From Candidatus Moraniibacteriota bacterium (GTDB lineage Bacteria > Patescibacteriota > Minisyncoccia > Moranbacterales > UBA1568), in the NCBI GenBank assembly GCA_037142915.1, contig JBAWZR010000001.1:1-49383 (forward strand): a stretch of DNA of 49,383 nt. Reading direction: 5' to 3'. Position numbers and translations under genes: made by a program. This document shows positions 49,301-49,383 of this stretch, piece after piece. Within the stretch, counting starts at the first letter, position 1; each line of letters starts with the position of its first letter. Under the pieces are notes generated by a model, which searched no databases, was not told where the DNA came from, and saw nothing but the letters and a program-made list of their open reading frames with translations.

Positions 49301-49383
49301 GGTATGCTGATTGGCGAGGAGATTTTCTCAAAGAGAAGGCTATAAAGATCAAGGTTCGAGAAACCTTGCTGGATATTCCTGAT
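46330..49383 (+). CDS. hsdR: Type I restriction enzyme R subunit, 3'-truncated by the window end
   Basis: Absent from the ORF track because no stop is reached. Hand translation from ATG 46330 through about 48420 found no stop; the remaining ~960 nt to the window end was not hand-translated. If open throughout, the ORF is 1018 codons. It starts MQTFQSPTVGQLERKTQNRIVTLLRDTLGYDYLGNW... It carries the nuclease motif PDIVLYVNGIAFGVIELKR and SF2 motifs WHTQGSGKSLTMV, VFVDECHRTH, FTGTPL and DKLLTGFDAP. Confidence 0.9.
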   Translation, partial: MQTFQSPTVGQLERKTQNRIVTLLRDTLGYDYLGNWEDRENNSNVEEEYLRAFLVKSGHSETLIVKAIEELKKTVNRSQMALYDLNKETYGLLRYGVSVREGLGDKNTRVAFIDWKHPESNHFAIAEEVTIRGNRVKRPDIVLYVNGIAFGVIELKRSTVSVSEGIRQNIGNQKDDFIKNFFATMQLVMAGNDTEGLRYGTTNTEESYYLSWKEAGSEETLLLDRSVMQLCRKDRFLEMIHDFIVFDSGIKKTCRHNQYFGVKKAQEYMKRREGGIIWHTQGSGKSLTMVWLAKWIRENITDARVLLLTDRTELDEQLEKVFIGVDEKSIKRIRPQNGLSGGRMLMETLNKKEDWLMCALIHKFGLGDKTGADEEVNRYVTDMRSGFGSDFSAKGNLFVFVDECHRTHTGALHEAMKEMLPDAVFVGFTGTPLLKVEKKADLLAQSNRVWGDYIHTYKYDEAVADKVVLDLRYEARRVAQRIVEQDKIDEWFETRTKGLTDVAKSELKRRWGTMQSLLSSKGRLEKVVFDIVDDFYKKDRLSSGRGNAMLVASSIYEACQYYEIFQTAGFTKCAVVTSYEPDALSTDTREYAIYRQMIEDFKKNYGAITKKSGESETDAFERQVKKIFIDEPGRMQLLIVVDKLLTGFDAPPATYLYIDRNMQDHGLFQAICRVNRLDGEDKEYGYIVDYRDLFKKLESAVTEYTGGALDGFDAGDITGLLKDRLGEGKKDLEDALEIVRALCEPVQPPKDNPSYIRYFCGDTENPYALKENEMKRVKLYKSVSHLLRAYADVANEMTDAGFDEGQINAIQREVRHYEQVRGEVKLASGDYIDLRKYEKDMRMLINNFVGADASDKISTFDDMTIVDLLLQKGDDALNDLPEAVRKSREAVQETIENNIRKLIIDEMPTNPKYYNSMSELLSELIRKRKQEDVEYTEYLEQIKVLCKKVKDPMSDTSIVGIDTPAKRALYDNLGKDTAKAQAVHEAVMRSRYADWRGDFLKEKAIKIKVRETLLDIPD

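Overview
The window looks like a small-genome, uncultivated bacterium (CPR/Patescibacteria-like; this is an inference) using the standard genetic code. It splits into two parts.

**Left part (1-19.65 kb), mostly core-like:**
- A diversity-generating retroelement core (Avd, A-rich template repeat, RT) cut by the window edge.
- A HEPN/MNT pair and a frameshifted BrnA-like antitoxin.
- uvrA.
- A type IV pilus operon (pilC, three prepilin-like genes, pilM/N/O).
- A tRNA cluster (Ile, initiator-like Met, Met/CAT, Asp) and an ABC exporter.

**Right part (about 19.65-49.4 kb), starting right after tRNA-Asp.** It reads as visibly AT-richer accessory DNA with no integrase seen. It carries:
- A small Cys peptide with a GRDP-like protein and a TauD-like dioxygenase, followed by a methyltransferase.
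- An operon of an SF1 helicase-nuclease, a DUF2130-like protein, a small PD-(D/E)xK protein and an HExxH protein.
- A 47-aa Cys-rich peptide with a radical-SAM/SPASM enzyme.
- Two Type I R-M systems: one complete with an embedded RhuM-like gene, the other with an embedded Fic gene and its hsdR running off the right edge. That hsdR is absent from the ORF track.
- A Nudix / methyltransferase / second GRDP-like / S9 hydrolase block.

**Most unusual signals:**
1. A near-identical 166-299 nt non-coding module occurs three times in direct orientation. Each copy ends 75-92 nt upstream of the first gene of a defence-type operon. It has a terminator, promoter-like hexamers and a hairpin-rich leader.
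2. Tandem 84-85 nt pseudo-units copy the 5' part of the initiator-like tRNA-Met. A 19-nt duplication of that tRNA's 3' end lies just downstream.
3. Two peptide-centred clusters may be RiPP-like.

All family assignments come from motif recognition by eye. No searches were run.
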